Below the pieces are notes generated by a model. That model saw only the letters and a program-made list of their open reading frames with translations, did no database searches and had not been told where the DNA came from. Below are positions 27,758-37,124 of a stretch of 64,000 nucleotides of DNA, one piece after another. The stretch lies in IMG/VR virus record IMGVR_UViG_3300027751_000004, positions 1 through 64,000 of that record; one strand, 5' to 3'. This stretch comes from a virus. Taxonomy: Duplodnaviria; Caudoviricetes. Within the stretch, counting starts at the first letter, position 1; each line of letters begins with the position of its first letter. Position numbers and translations under genes: made by a program.

Positions 27758-28992
27758 TACATCCATCCTTTAAAGTTTACAAATTGAGAAACCTTATCTA
27801 AGTCTCTAAAACCGAAATTAGATTTAAACAAAACTGTATCACCGCTTTTAAATGTAACTCCAGTATTCACTTTGCTATCGTCTTTCTCAAACTCAATGTC
27901 GAAGTCTTTCTTCATACTGTCTAAGATCTTATTAAACTCTTTACTCTGGCGACTAGAAAGAACTTTTACATCCTTACCAGCCTTTGACTGTACCGAAAGG
28001 TACAGAGTGTCCGCACCATCAAACCCTAGTAGCTTAATCATGTTTTCGTTTATCTGTGCTTTGTTTTTCTTATATTGTTTTTCAAAAACATCAATCATAA
28101 GGTTACGGACTTCAATATAGACTCCCCTGTCATCTAAGATTTCCTTGGCTGCAGGTCTACCTATTTCGGACTTCAACTTTGCGGGGGAATCTGGACCAGC
28201 CTGAAGATCAGCTATACGCATCATTTGATCTCGTAAGCCATACTTCTTTATAAACTCGTCGACCTTTGCTTTGACTGACTTCTTAGTTTGGAAGCCACCG
28301 ATAGCTGGATCTATAAGGTTAATCACCCAGCTAGTGAAAGTAGAATTAGAAACATTTATGTTCCAATTCTTATATGCTTTCAAAGATGCTTCTATATGGT
28401 CAATCACTTCGTTAGTCTTTTTCTTATATGCGATTAATTCAATATCAGCTTTTGTGATACCTTTACCCGACTCACCTGTAAGTCTAACTTCAAACTCTGT
28501 AAACTCTAAGTCTTCAACGCTGGTCTGTATATCGTTCCATATACTAGCACCCATTGCTGCACCTGACTCTTCCATGCGTTGTGCTTCAGACTTTACTTTA
28601 GAAATATTGGTTCCGAAGTTTAAACCTTTGGCAAGTAGTTTATCTTTTTTGTATTTGTCTTTATGAGATTTGAGTTGTTGTACTGTCATACCACGCATAC
28701 TGCCACCAGCATTAGCGATTAGTAATGCCAATTCATAAGCAGTACAAAACTCTGAATAGTATCCCATTCGGGATTTTAGATCTACCTTATCGGTCTTTGC
28801 TTCGTTTAATGGTTGCCCATCAGTAGCATAATTCAACTTTATTTTAGCAGTTTTACCGAATCCAAGTTTACCAAAGGCTTTTTTTACAGACTTAGAAATA
28901 GTCCGCACAGCTTTCTTGATTTTTTTACTCAGAGATCGCAAGGAATCCACGAGTCCTTCGTTTATCTCTTGATATTCTTTAAATCTCAACAT
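27757..28992 (-). CDS. putative PD-(D/E)XK nuclease, probably virion-internal
   Basis: KADIEL...EASLK; MLRFKEYQEINE N-terminus. Confidence 0.45.
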   Translation of the reverse strand: MLRFKEYQEINEGLVDSLRSLSKKIKKAVRTISKSVKKAFGKLGFGKTAKIKLNYATDGQPLNEAKTDKVDLKSRMGYYSEFCTAYELALLIANAGGSMRGMTVQQLKSHKDKYKKDKLLAKGLNFGTNISKVKSEAQRMEESGAAMGASIWNDIQTSVEDLEFTEFEVRLTGESGKGITKADIELIAYKKKTNEVIDHIEASLKAYKNWNINVSNSTFTSWVINLIDPAIGGFQTKKSVKAKVDEFIKKYGLRDQMMRIADLQAGPDSPAKLKSEIGRPAAKEILDDRGVYIEVRNLMIDVFEKQYKKNKAQINENMIKLLGFDGADTLYLSVQSKAGKDVKVLSSRQSKEFNKILDSMKKDFDIEFEKDDSKVNTGVTFKSGDTVLFKSNFGFRDLDKVSQFVNFKGWM

Positions 28993-29025
28993 TGTGTGTA
29001 TGAATCCTAAAGTAAATTATACATC

Positions 29026-29033
29026 TATTTATA
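29026..29033 (-). promoter_or_regulatory. T4-type late promoter
   Basis: TATAAATA just past the terminator. Confidence 0.7.
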
Positions 29034-29042
29034 ATAAAATAA

Positions 29043-29060
29043 ACCCCCAATTAAGGGGGT
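29043..29060 (-). terminator. intrinsic terminator ending the early cassette
   Basis: ACCCCC-TTAATT-GGGGGT followed by TTATTTT. Confidence 0.75.
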
Positions 29061-29069
29061 CTATAGGGT

Positions 29070-29114
29070 TTGTGGCAAATTATTGAGTGAGAGAGAGAGA
29101 GAGATTTGCCACAA
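29070..29114 (-). ncRNA. candidate regulatory stem-loop with CU-repeat loop
   Basis: Perfect 11-bp inverted repeat TTGTGGCAAAT/ATTTGCCACAA around a 23-nt loop with a (GA)8 tract. Confidence 0.45.
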
Positions 29115-29129
29115 GAGAGAACAATTAGT

Positions 29130-29330
29130 TTAATCAATGAATAGGTGCTTGTATCCTTTCTTCTCGACAGTCCTTACTTTAGGGTTTGGTGCTTTGTAGC
29201 CAGCCAATTCTATTTCACGATTTAAACGAGATACCATATCGAATACTTCAGCAACCTTTTCAATCTCGCTCTTTCTGTAAGAGCCGACATAACTTGAATC
29301 AGATTTTTTCATTTCATGATTTAATTTCAT
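29130..29330 (-). CDS. hypothetical protein
   Basis: Last ORF of the early cassette. Confidence 0.6.
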   Translation of the reverse strand: MKLNHEMKKSDSSYVGSYRKSEIEKVAEVFDMVSRLNREIELAGYKAPNPKVRTVEKKGYKHLFID

Positions 29331-29569
29331 TACACTATATCCTGTATTCTATTTCCTTCATCATTAGTTCCTGGGATTATATGGACAGAGCCATCTTCCA
29401 TCTCTATCAATTCTACAACTCCAGACTTGTGTAACTGTTGTAATATAGTTTGTACCGATACTTCGATACCATTCTTCATCCCTTGACTATACGCTTGAGT
29501 TTGATAGCGATGCATACTTACTATGAAAAAAGCAAACAGTATAAATAACATCCAATATTCTAAAAACAT
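29330..29569 (-). CDS. small membrane protein
   Basis: N-terminal TM. Confidence 0.6.
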   Translation of the reverse strand: MFLEYWMLFILFAFFIVSMHRYQTQAYSQGMKNGIEVSVQTILQQLHKSGVVELIEMEDGSVHIIPGTNDEGNRIQDIV

Positions 29570-29985
29570 AATTCTAATTCCACAATACAATCTTCAGCAA
29601 GTTTACTTTCCATATCATATGCCTCACGTTCCCAAGGGCAATCTTCATACTTCGATTTACTATAATCTTTTTCTTTCCAAAGGATCTTACCATCAACACA
29701 GCGAAGTTCCCTACGAGCATATTGCTTAACATGTATCATTTCATGACAGATCGTAGCAACTAGATCCTCAACTGGGAGAGATTTACTGATACTCAGCTCA
29801 AATTCAGAGTTTGTATCACCTTCAAGACAGTACCCGAACGCTTTTTCTAATTCTTCGAAGTTCAGCGTAATTTCTAGAGTACTATGGCGTGGGAGCAGTT
29901 TAAAGACGCACCAGCTAATAATCCTATCAGCAAGTTCTCGCTCTACCTTTCTTCCGCCATTTACCTCGATATAGTTCATCAGCAA
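29560..29985 (-). CDS. zincin-like metallopeptidase
   Basis: CHEMIHVKQY (HExxH), PWEREA. Confidence 0.8.
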   Translation of the reverse strand: MLMNYIEVNGGRKVERELADRIISWCVFKLLPRHSTLEITLNFEELEKAFGYCLEGDTNSEFELSISKSLPVEDLVATICHEMIHVKQYARRELRCVDGKILWKEKDYSKSKYEDCPWEREAYDMESKLAEDCIVELELCF

Positions 29986-30048
29986 ATCTCCCCCAGAGAA
30001 TTAATACATATATTATATATTAAAATTCAAAGAAAAACAACAACTATT

Positions 30049-30180
30049 TTACTTAATTCCCGCAATAATTCCAGCAACAAAATCTGTTGTGGTATTAGTT
30101 TTTATAGAGATATCTATGATGCTGTATCCAGCATTATACAATTCCTGTATCTCAAGGATAACATTACCAATTTTAGACAT
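30049..30180 (-). CDS. small HTH-like protein
   Basis: IQELYNAGYSIIDIS pattern. Confidence 0.45.
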   Translation of the reverse strand: MSKIGNVILEIQELYNAGYSIIDISIKTNTTTDFVAGIIAGIK

Positions 30181-30556
30181 ATATACCCCATTCAGCAAAT
30201 AATTCTTCAGTATCTTCAGGTTTAGAAGTGGTAAAATCATTACCAGTCTTCGGCGAAACAAACTTGAGTTGACTCAAAAGGTAGTCTTTAGACCAACCAT
30301 CATCTAGATTGATACGTTGTTCGTCAACCCAATCTTCAAGAGGTCGAACGCCTACAGGATACTCCTTGTAGTATAGGTCGTTCGAACCAAACGCAGCCAT
30401 AACAAAAGCCAGAGCATCAGCCTCACGACCGAGGTCTTCGACGAGATAATCACTACCACCTTTCATCTTCCAGCTATTTGTACCGCTTTTGAAAGAACCC
30501 TCTTCAGCGTGAGAGCCATAATTCTCGATAAGCTGGGTAGAAACAATATACTTCAT
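30173..30556 (-). CDS. early hypothetical protein
   Basis: TQLIENYG...WKMKGGSDY; behind an early promoter. Confidence 0.7.
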   Translation of the reverse strand: MKYIVSTQLIENYGSHAEEGSFKSGTNSWKMKGGSDYLVEDLGREADALAFVMAAFGSNDLYYKEYPVGVRPLEDWVDEQRINLDDGWSKDYLLSQLKFVSPKTGNDFTTSKPEDTEELFAEWGIYV

Positions 30557-30584
30557 AATCTATTCTCTATCAATTAATACACTT

Positions 30585-30613
30585 ATTATACTATAATCAG
30601 ACCTAAAAGTAAA
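30585..30613 (-). promoter_or_regulatory. early sigma70-type promoter
   Basis: TTTACT-17bp-TATAAT. Confidence 0.8.
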
Positions 30614-30626
30614 GCCTTTTTTTGAA

Positions 30627-30986
30627 TTAAGCCACAACTTTGTATGGCGTATCCCACTCACCAAAATTGATATCAGTATAATGACTTCTATTAAAGTAAT
30701 CAGTCATAGCATCATCTTCATTGAAGTAATCTGGACCCTTCATCGCAGCAAGAAGTTCAGAGATAAACGATACCAACTTGGGGTTGTTAGCATAGTGATC
30801 CTGATACCAATGCTCATTTACTTGATAATGACTCGTGGGATCAAACTTAACTTCACCCTCTTTCAGTTTAACAACAAGAGTCATATGATGTCTAACAGAA
30901 ATAGAACCCTTAACTTTGTACTTCTTAAGGACTTCTTTAATAGCAGGAGCAAGTTTCTTTTTATCTTCTTGGGATACATAAGCCAT
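30627..30986 (-). CDS. early hypothetical protein
   Basis: MAYVSQE...DDAMTDYF; GAGAGAG RBS. Confidence 0.7.
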   Translation of the reverse strand: MAYVSQEDKKKLAPAIKEVLKKYKVKGSISVRHHMTLVVKLKEGEVKFDPTSHYQVNEHWYQDHYANNPKLVSFISELLAAMKGPDYFNEDDAMTDYFNRSHYTDINFGEWDTPYKVVA

Positions 30987-31005
30987 AATAATATTCTCTC
31001 TCAGA

Positions 31006-31299
31006 TTAAGCAGATTTGTTTACATAGGTATTGTGGTTTTTAATGAACCATCTTTCCACAACAGGATAACCATCAGCATCTTCATCAGTGATGACATAGG
31101 CAACAGTCTTCAATACACGAGCATATCTCCAACTGTTTTCAGCCACCCATACTTTATGGGGATAGTTCTTACTTGAAACGAAATGCTCAGGTTCATCATT
31201 CACAGAAAACTCAAAAAGGTTTTCATAATCTTTCTCGACGAAAGAACCAACGATAGTAGCATCATATTCGAAGTAAGTTTTAGTCGGGGCAAAAGCCAT
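31006..31299 (-). CDS. early hypothetical protein
   Basis: First gene behind an early promoter. Confidence 0.7.
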   Translation of the reverse strand: MAFAPTKTYFEYDATIVGSFVEKDYENLFEFSVNDEPEHFVSSKNYPHKVWVAENSWRYARVLKTVAYVITDEDADGYPVVERWFIKNHNTYVNKSA

Positions 31300-31331
31300 A
31301 TTTCAACACTCTCTCAATTAATTACAAGAGT

Positions 31332-31360
31332 ATTATAACCCGATTCTAAACAAAAAGCAA
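31332..31360 (-). promoter_or_regulatory. early sigma70-type promoter
   Basis: TTGCTT-17bp-TATAAT. Confidence 0.75.
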
Positions 31361-31412
31361 CCTTTTTATTGAATTATTTTAACTTTTTTTATATCGATTT
31401 GTTATATGCTTA

Positions 31413-32084
31413 TTACTCTGAGATATAAGAGAGACCGAGAGGGAATATCTCTCCAATGCATTGGGCAACTGCTCTTGCTACTTCCATATGCTCTTTCTGC
31501 GTACCATTACCAGAGCGCAACTCAATGAAGTGTATCCATGAGCGAATAGACCCTTGCATATATAAACGAGACTTGGTTAATCCTTCGGGTAATACTGCCC
31601 TTGCTTGCTCTTTGGCAATACCCTTTTCAAGTGCCCAGTTATATGCTTTCTCGGCTGCAGAGATAACGCTTTTCTGCGCTGCTTCCCAGTTCTCCATCAA
31701 TGCTTTATCTTCCGAATCAATACTATTCTGACGGTTCTTAGTGTCTTGTAGTCTTGCTTCTCGGATAACAAACTGATCCCCAAACTCTGACGGATCCGCA
31801 TATCTTTGAGAGAACTCTTGGAAGGCAAATGATCGGTGACGTAAAATCTGCCTTGCAATATCCCGAGTGGTTTCTATTTCTAGAGTAGCTGATGCCATTT
31901 CAAATGGCGACCAGTGCTTATGTTTTGCTAGATAGTTTAACAAACGCTCCGAAGTCTCAGAGTTAATTTGATTACTAGGATTAGAGACTCGAGCACAGAA
32001 TGCGATCAAGTCTTGAATGTCGTCCATACCTTCAGTCTGGAATGCTTCGGTTGGCTGGGTATGTCCTACAATTTGTACTTTCAT
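31413..32084 (-). CDS. thyX: flavin-dependent thymidylate synthase
   Basis: HWSPFE, RHRSFAFQEFSQRY signature, EQARAVLP. Confidence 0.95.
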   Translation of the reverse strand: MKVQIVGHTQPTEAFQTEGMDDIQDLIAFCARVSNPSNQINSETSERLLNYLAKHKHWSPFEMASATLEIETTRDIARQILRHRSFAFQEFSQRYADPSEFGDQFVIREARLQDTKNRQNSIDSEDKALMENWEAAQKSVISAAEKAYNWALEKGIAKEQARAVLPEGLTKSRLYMQGSIRSWIHFIELRSGNGTQKEHMEVARAVAQCIGEIFPLGLSYISE

Positions 32085-32101
32085 TTAGTCACCTTACTTT
32101 A

Positions 32102-33508
32102 TTATACTTGGAAACCGCTGTAATCACGTTTCTCGTTATTTCCCCATGTCGCCACAGGTTTATCATTGGCTGGCGTAGTTGGTGCTGCAGAGTCAATTAG
32201 ATTCTGAGCAGATTCTTCTACATCATATAGCTTCATCTTAGACCTATCAACCCCAACAACAAACCGCTTGTTTGCTCCAGGATCATTATATCTATTCTTC
32301 AATTGCTTCACTAATATCTGACCTAACTGCTCGAGTTCCTCGCTACTGATCAGGGCAAACATAAAGTCCGCAGTAGCAGGTAGACCAAACGATTCAGAAG
32401 TATCTTCAAGACCAACATCAGAGTTACCATAACCAGATCTTGTAGTCTGAGTTGCCGACATGATAGGAACGTCAAACTCTACAGCAAGACCACGTATCTC
32501 TTCAGCAATAGACTTGATCAAAGAGTAGGTATTCACCGAGCCACCCAGACCTTTCATACGAGACGATGAACAGATATTAAGATAATCAATATAGATTACA
32601 TCTGGTATAAAGTTCTTCTTCAACTTCAACTCGTTCAGTAACGCACGGAAGTGACCAACATGCGCAGATCCAGTAGGATATTCTTTGATGATTAGTTTGC
32701 CTTGAGTTTTCTTAGCAATCTTCTCGACCTTACTATCAAACATTTCTTTAGATAAAGTCTCAAGCTGATCAATAGGAAGATTCATCAGGTTCGCATCAAT
32801 ACGTTCAGCAATACGCTCTTCAGCCATTTCCATAGTAATGTAAAGAACATTTTGACCCTGAGATAGGTTTGCTCCAGCACAGTGACACATGAACAAAGAC
32901 TTACCAACACCAGTACCAGCCATTGCGATATTCAGAGTCTTACGAGGCAATCCACCTTTAGTGATACGATTGAAGTAATCAAGATCAAATGGTATACGAA
33001 CTTCTTCACGATGATAGAACTCATAACGACCCTCAGCACTATCAACATAATCATGACCAACACTGCGGTCAAACGAGATGCCCAATGCTTCGGATAGGAT
33101 ATCGGGCAATGCGTTCTTGCTTAGTGTTTGGTGTTTACCGTCAATGATATTGATAGATTCTAGGATAGCAAGGTGAATGGCTCGATCCTGACACCATTTC
33201 TCTGTAGACTGCATAAGCCAAGTTTCATCAACAGCTTCAACAGTCTCAAACATCTGCTCGACCTGTGAACTGATCTCGCCAACATCTACGCCACGTAGGT
33301 CGGCTGAGTCCAGTTCAATTAGGAATGCTTCTCTGGTAGGCAGGTTGTTAAACTTAGCTACAAAGTTGCCGAGTTCTTGAAACACAAACGAAGTAGATTC
33401 AGAGAAATACTCAGCCTTCAGAAATGGTATAACTTGACGAGCGAAGTGCTCGTTCTGAATTAGGTTCCTGAGTATTGTTGTTTCCAGATTCGCTTGCATC
33501 TTCACCAC
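32102..33508 (-). CDS. 41: replicative helicase gp41
   Basis: AGTGVGKS, TMEMAEE, IDYLNIC, SESFGLPATAD, KNRY. Confidence 0.95.
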   Translation of the reverse strand: MVKMQANLETTILRNLIQNEHFARQVIPFLKAEYFSESTSFVFQELGNFVAKFNNLPTREAFLIELDSADLRGVDVGEISSQVEQMFETVEAVDETWLMQSTEKWCQDRAIHLAILESINIIDGKHQTLSKNALPDILSEALGISFDRSVGHDYVDSAEGRYEFYHREEVRIPFDLDYFNRITKGGLPRKTLNIAMAGTGVGKSLFMCHCAGANLSQGQNVLYITMEMAEERIAERIDANLMNLPIDQLETLSKEMFDSKVEKIAKKTQGKLIIKEYPTGSAHVGHFRALLNELKLKKNFIPDVIYIDYLNICSSSRMKGLGGSVNTYSLIKSIAEEIRGLAVEFDVPIMSATQTTRSGYGNSDVGLEDTSESFGLPATADFMFALISSEELEQLGQILVKQLKNRYNDPGANKRFVVGVDRSKMKLYDVEESAQNLIDSAAPTTPANDKPVATWGNNEKRDYSGFQV

Positions 33509-33788
33509 CTATCCTATAGTCTTCTTTACCATCAAATGCAGACATAATTATATCTCTTAATATGTCCCCAGTTAGCATTTTAAAATCATCATCACCTTCA
33601 AGTGCAGCGGATTCCTCTTTAGGTTCAAGTACACCCATTTCGAAATTTAGCTTTGCATGATCATGCTCAGGGACTTCCTGAGCACTCACTGCACCATAAC
33701 CTACAACTACATCCTTGTATTTGCCATCAGTAATACGCACGCCCCAGCTGTCATAGCCTTCAACGTCGATTAACTCATAACTCACCAT
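33411..33788 (-). CDS. hypothetical protein at the T4 gene 40 position
   Basis: Synteny between uvsX and 41. Confidence 0.55.
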   Translation of the reverse strand: MVSYELIDVEGYDSWGVRITDGKYKDVVVGYGAVSAQEVPEHDHAKLNFEMGVLEPKEESAALEGDDDFKMLTGDILRDIIMSAFDGKEDYRIGGEDASESGNNNTQEPNSERALRSSSYTISEG

Positions 33789-34833
33789 TGGCGATCTCCT
33801 CCATGTCAATGGTAGTAACACCACCGACACCAAACTGGTATTGCTTCTTGATAAACTCTTTGAAGTCAGAGTTAGCAAAGATTGGCTCCCAGAAAGATTC
33901 TTCTTGGGTGGCTTTCATACGAACCTTTTGACCCATCTCGCCAGTGCTTTGATCAACAGTAGCATACCAACCATTACTCGGTTTAATCACATATCCGCCA
34001 ACAAGGGCAACATCAAGTAATCCAGAGTAATTAACGATACCGCCATCAAAAGTTACCTTGATTGGGATCTTAGATTTCTCTCGAACAAACCTTGACTTTT
34101 CTACGTTGATTACAAAGTCATACCCTTCAATCTCACCTGAGCTCAGTTTGTTTTGACGTCTACCAACAATCCAGATATTATCTGCAGAGTAGTAGATACC
34201 AGTACCGCCAGATACAATATCTTTAGGGAACAATCCGATTTCCTTATAGGTATGATTGATAGCAATCAAAGGAATATTCTTCATGGTTAGGTATGGGGTG
34301 GTCATACGGAATAAACCTTTCAACGCTTTGGCTCGAGACATGTCAGCAACTGACTTCTCATTCAATGCGTCTTCAAGTTCTTTCTTAGATGCTAAGTTAC
34401 CAATTGAATCGATTACTACAATAACCTTTTCATCACGAGCAAGATTATCAAGCTGACCAACAAGGTCGAACTTTAACTCTTCAACGTCTTTGATAGGGGT
34501 GTGTAGAACACGATTAATATCGATACCGAACGATTCGAAGTATGATTGCGGTGAACCAAATTCTGAATCATAGAAAAGCATTACGGCATCGTCATACTTG
34601 CGAAGATAAGCTGCAGCCATCTTTAAAGCAAAAGAAGTTTTGAAGTGTTTACTCGGTCCAGCCAAGACTGTAAGACCTGAAGTAAGACCACCATCTACAT
34701 CACCCGACAATGCGACGTTCATCATAGGAACGTCTGTCGGGATAATATCTTTTGTATTAAAGAAGGCTGAATCAGCTAGTGTATCGCTTTCTTTAATCTT
34801 CGAATTTTTTCGAAGTTTATCCATCAAACTCAT
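33775..34833 (-). CDS. uvsX: RecA-like recombinase UvsX
   Basis: AGPSKHFKT, YDSEFG, DSIGNLAS, GGTG. Confidence 0.95.
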   Translation of the reverse strand: MSLMDKLRKNSKIKESDTLADSAFFNTKDIIPTDVPMMNVALSGDVDGGLTSGLTVLAGPSKHFKTSFALKMAAAYLRKYDDAVMLFYDSEFGSPQSYFESFGIDINRVLHTPIKDVEELKFDLVGQLDNLARDEKVIVVIDSIGNLASKKELEDALNEKSVADMSRAKALKGLFRMTTPYLTMKNIPLIAINHTYKEIGLFPKDIVSGGTGIYYSADNIWIVGRRQNKLSSGEIEGYDFVINVEKSRFVREKSKIPIKVTFDGGIVNYSGLLDVALVGGYVIKPSNGWYATVDQSTGEMGQKVRMKATQEESFWEPIFANSDFKEFIKKQYQFGVGGVTTIDMEEIANGEL

Positions 34834-34859
34834 AGTTTATCTCCAATTAATGAGACCAT

Positions 34860-34888
34860 ATTATAACATATTATTGAACAAAAGTAAA
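34860..34888 (-). promoter_or_regulatory. early promoter of uvsX-41-thyX
   Basis: TTTACT-17bp-TATAAT. Confidence 0.8.
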
Positions 34889-34896
34889 GCGATATT

Positions 34897-35412
34897 TTAC
34901 TTTGGACGCTTCGGTAGACTATTCGAGACTTTGCTCTTAATTTTTCTGATCAACTCGTGCTTAGTTAAACCTTTGTGTAGTTTACAGCCAAGATCTTGTC
35001 CATAGACGTACAATTGCTTTGAGTTATAACCCGAAATGGATTGGATTTGTTCTCGAGCTTTACGCAACGCTTCATCATACACTGTCTGAGGATCATCAGA
35101 TTCTTCCTCTACTGGTACTTCTTCAGCAGGAGCCTCTTCTTTAGACTCAATGAATGCTTCTGGGGACAAATTCTCAATAATAGGATCATCGCCCAAGTCA
35201 GGGGTTTCTTCTGCTTCTGCTGGAGTAAACTCTACTACAACATCGTCATCAGTAGAAGTATCTACCTCTACCTCTACCTCTACTTCAGTTAATTCTGTTT
35301 CTTCTACAGATTCCGCATCGTTAATTGCTGCTTGAATCTGCGCCTTAGTCATTTTGTCTGTTACGTCCAGACCCATCTCTTTAGCTTTCGCTAATAGTTT
35401 TTTCTTAGTCAT
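34897..35412 (-). CDS. protein with two Rho-N/HeH-like domains and an acidic linker
   Basis: TKKKLLAKAKEMGL...MTKAQI and KLHKGLTKHELIRKI. Confidence 0.6.
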   Translation of the reverse strand: MTKKKLLAKAKEMGLDVTDKMTKAQIQAAINDAESVEETELTEVEVEVEVDTSTDDDVVVEFTPAEAEETPDLGDDPIIENLSPEAFIESKEEAPAEEVPVEEESDDPQTVYDEALRKAREQIQSISGYNSKQLYVYGQDLGCKLHKGLTKHELIRKIKSKVSNSLPKRPK

Positions 35413-35413
35413 T

Positions 35414-35614
35414 TTAGACCCTCGCCTTTTGTATTCTTCGAACCATTTCTTTTTTAACAAGACCTTTGTGTAGTTTAACTGACTCACTAGCACCCAATTC
35501 AATTAACTGAGTTCTTGTAAGTTCCATCAACTCTTCATCAGTTTGTTTCGTTTTTAGATCATTTAATTCGCTGTTACAAAATAAGTCTTTAATAGATTTC
35601 AAAAAGTTTAACAT
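35414..35614 (-). CDS. single Rho-N/HeH-like domain protein
   Basis: LTRTQLIELG...KLHKGLVKKEMVRRI. Confidence 0.55.
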   Translation of the reverse strand: MLNFLKSIKDLFCNSELNDLKTKQTDEELMELTRTQLIELGASESVKLHKGLVKKEMVRRIQKARV

Positions 35615-36558
35615 TATATTACCTCACTGTTACGATAAGCATACTCAATAGCCGAGTTTGCCTCTAATTTAATTGGTCGTTTTTCATACCAATTGCCTGT
35701 TTCCCGATCCAATTCCCGCATAAGTATTTCAATCTCAGAGTCTGTGATCGGATAACCTTTGCGGATAGCATTGAATGCGAGAGAAACCATAAACTGGTAC
35801 ATCTTATGATACCAACCAGTTTCAGAAATAATACGATACTCAGCCAACATCTGCTTATTTACAAATGGGCAGTCGTAAATACCATTCCAGTTATATTTAT
35901 TCTTATTCTCTAGCTTAGTTTTGCGATGAGCAATAACTTCTTTCTGTAATTCTTCAGGTAAACGGTCGAGAAAGTTGTTACCTGTTTTCTTTTCAATATA
36001 AGGATGCTTACTGAGAAGACTATCGATACCAATATCTCCGCCAGAACGTGTAAAGAAAAAACTATATGACCCAGAATAATCTGCAGGGATATAGTACATT
36101 CTACTTAGATCTTTAGTTTGACGATCGGAGAGATTACCTATCTCTGTATTCAAAGCATGCCAGAAGTGTTTGATTTTATCAGCAGGAACGTGTTTGTCTA
36201 ATTTAAATACTAATCTGAATTTAGGTTTATCTTCTGTGCTACTCGCAGTAGAGTAACACATATAGTACCATTCAGGAGGGACTATCGAGTTAAGTTCTTG
36301 TTTAAGATCACCTTTAAATTCATGTTCATCGACATCTACTGCGCACCACCCCGCCCATGCAGTAACGTTTACATTTCTTCTAGTCGTATTTGGTTCATAA
36401 ATTGCGGGTGAGATTAAGTAAGCATCATGCTTATTCTCTACTGCAGCTTTACTCAACCCAAGAAACGTATTTTCAAGATATTCCCACTTCTCGAAGTTCA
36501 TACGCTTATGAGTTTCATTATCGAAACGATTTTTAAATATAGTTAAACAATAATCCAT
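35614..36558 (-). CDS. primase-polymerase (AEP-like) with primase C-terminal domain
   Basis: AVDVD, YSTASS...KFRLV, KDLSRMYY. Confidence 0.65.
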   Translation of the reverse strand: MDYCLTIFKNRFDNETHKRMNFEKWEYLENTFLGLSKAAVENKHDAYLISPAIYEPNTTRRNVNVTAWAGWCAVDVDEHEFKGDLKQELNSIVPPEWYYMCYSTASSTEDKPKFRLVFKLDKHVPADKIKHFWHALNTEIGNLSDRQTKDLSRMYYIPADYSGSYSFFFTRSGGDIGIDSLLSKHPYIEKKTGNNFLDRLPEELQKEVIAHRKTKLENKNKYNWNGIYDCPFVNKQMLAEYRIISETGWYHKMYQFMVSLAFNAIRKGYPITDSEIEILMRELDRETGNWYEKRPIKLEANSAIEYAYRNSEVI

Positions 36559-36569
36559 AATAACCCCTA

Positions 36570-37115
36570 TTATACTATAGATGATAGTATAAAGTCAACT
36601 ACTTTTTTCGTGTCGTCAACGTTTTCGTGCCTCATTTCTTTGACACATCCTTCTTCTTCACCAAATAGAGTAACCTTGTCGCCATACTTCTCAGCAATAC
36701 GACTTACTTTAGTCTTTACAGTTTGGATGAATTTGTCACTTTGGTTTGAACCACGTTGCACGTATCTCCGTTGCCTTTCCTCGTCAGATACAGTCAAGTG
36801 AACAATAACTTTGTCGTCAAAGCAATCAAAGAAACCTCCATTATTGAGTCTGTCACCCTCGCCAATTACTACCTCGTCACGATCTTCGCTATAGTATTCA
36901 ATTGCTTTGGGTGCTACCGCCATTGATAGTCTATCGGTGCCAGAGAACGTCTCTCCTTCCTCGTACTTGCCTAGAACACGTAGGTGTCCAGAGGTATGAC
37001 TATCGAGTAGATCGATTGGTCGGTTAGTAACCCAATCATTATAGCGACTCATAAACTCTTTCATTACAGTAGACTTACCGCATCCTGGAAGTCCAATCAA
37101 ATATATTAGTTTCAT
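36570..37115 (-). CDS. P-loop nucleotide/DNA kinase of a base-modification cluster
   Basis: GLPGCGKS, GTDRLS, EGDRL; adjacent to the transferase. Confidence 0.75.
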   Translation of the reverse strand: MKLIYLIGLPGCGKSTVMKEFMSRYNDWVTNRPIDLLDSHTSGHLRVLGKYEEGETFSGTDRLSMAVAPKAIEYYSEDRDEVVIGEGDRLNNGGFFDCFDDKVIVHLTVSDEERQRRYVQRGSNQSDKFIQTVKTKVSRIAEKYGDKVTLFGEEEGCVKEMRHENVDDTKKVVDFILSSIV

Positions 37116-37124
37116 ATTATACCT

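Noticed and set aside
29089-29104. (GA)8 as a phase-variation tract
   Set aside because: It is intergenic, not in a CDS or promoter spacer, and is better explained as a hairpin loop.
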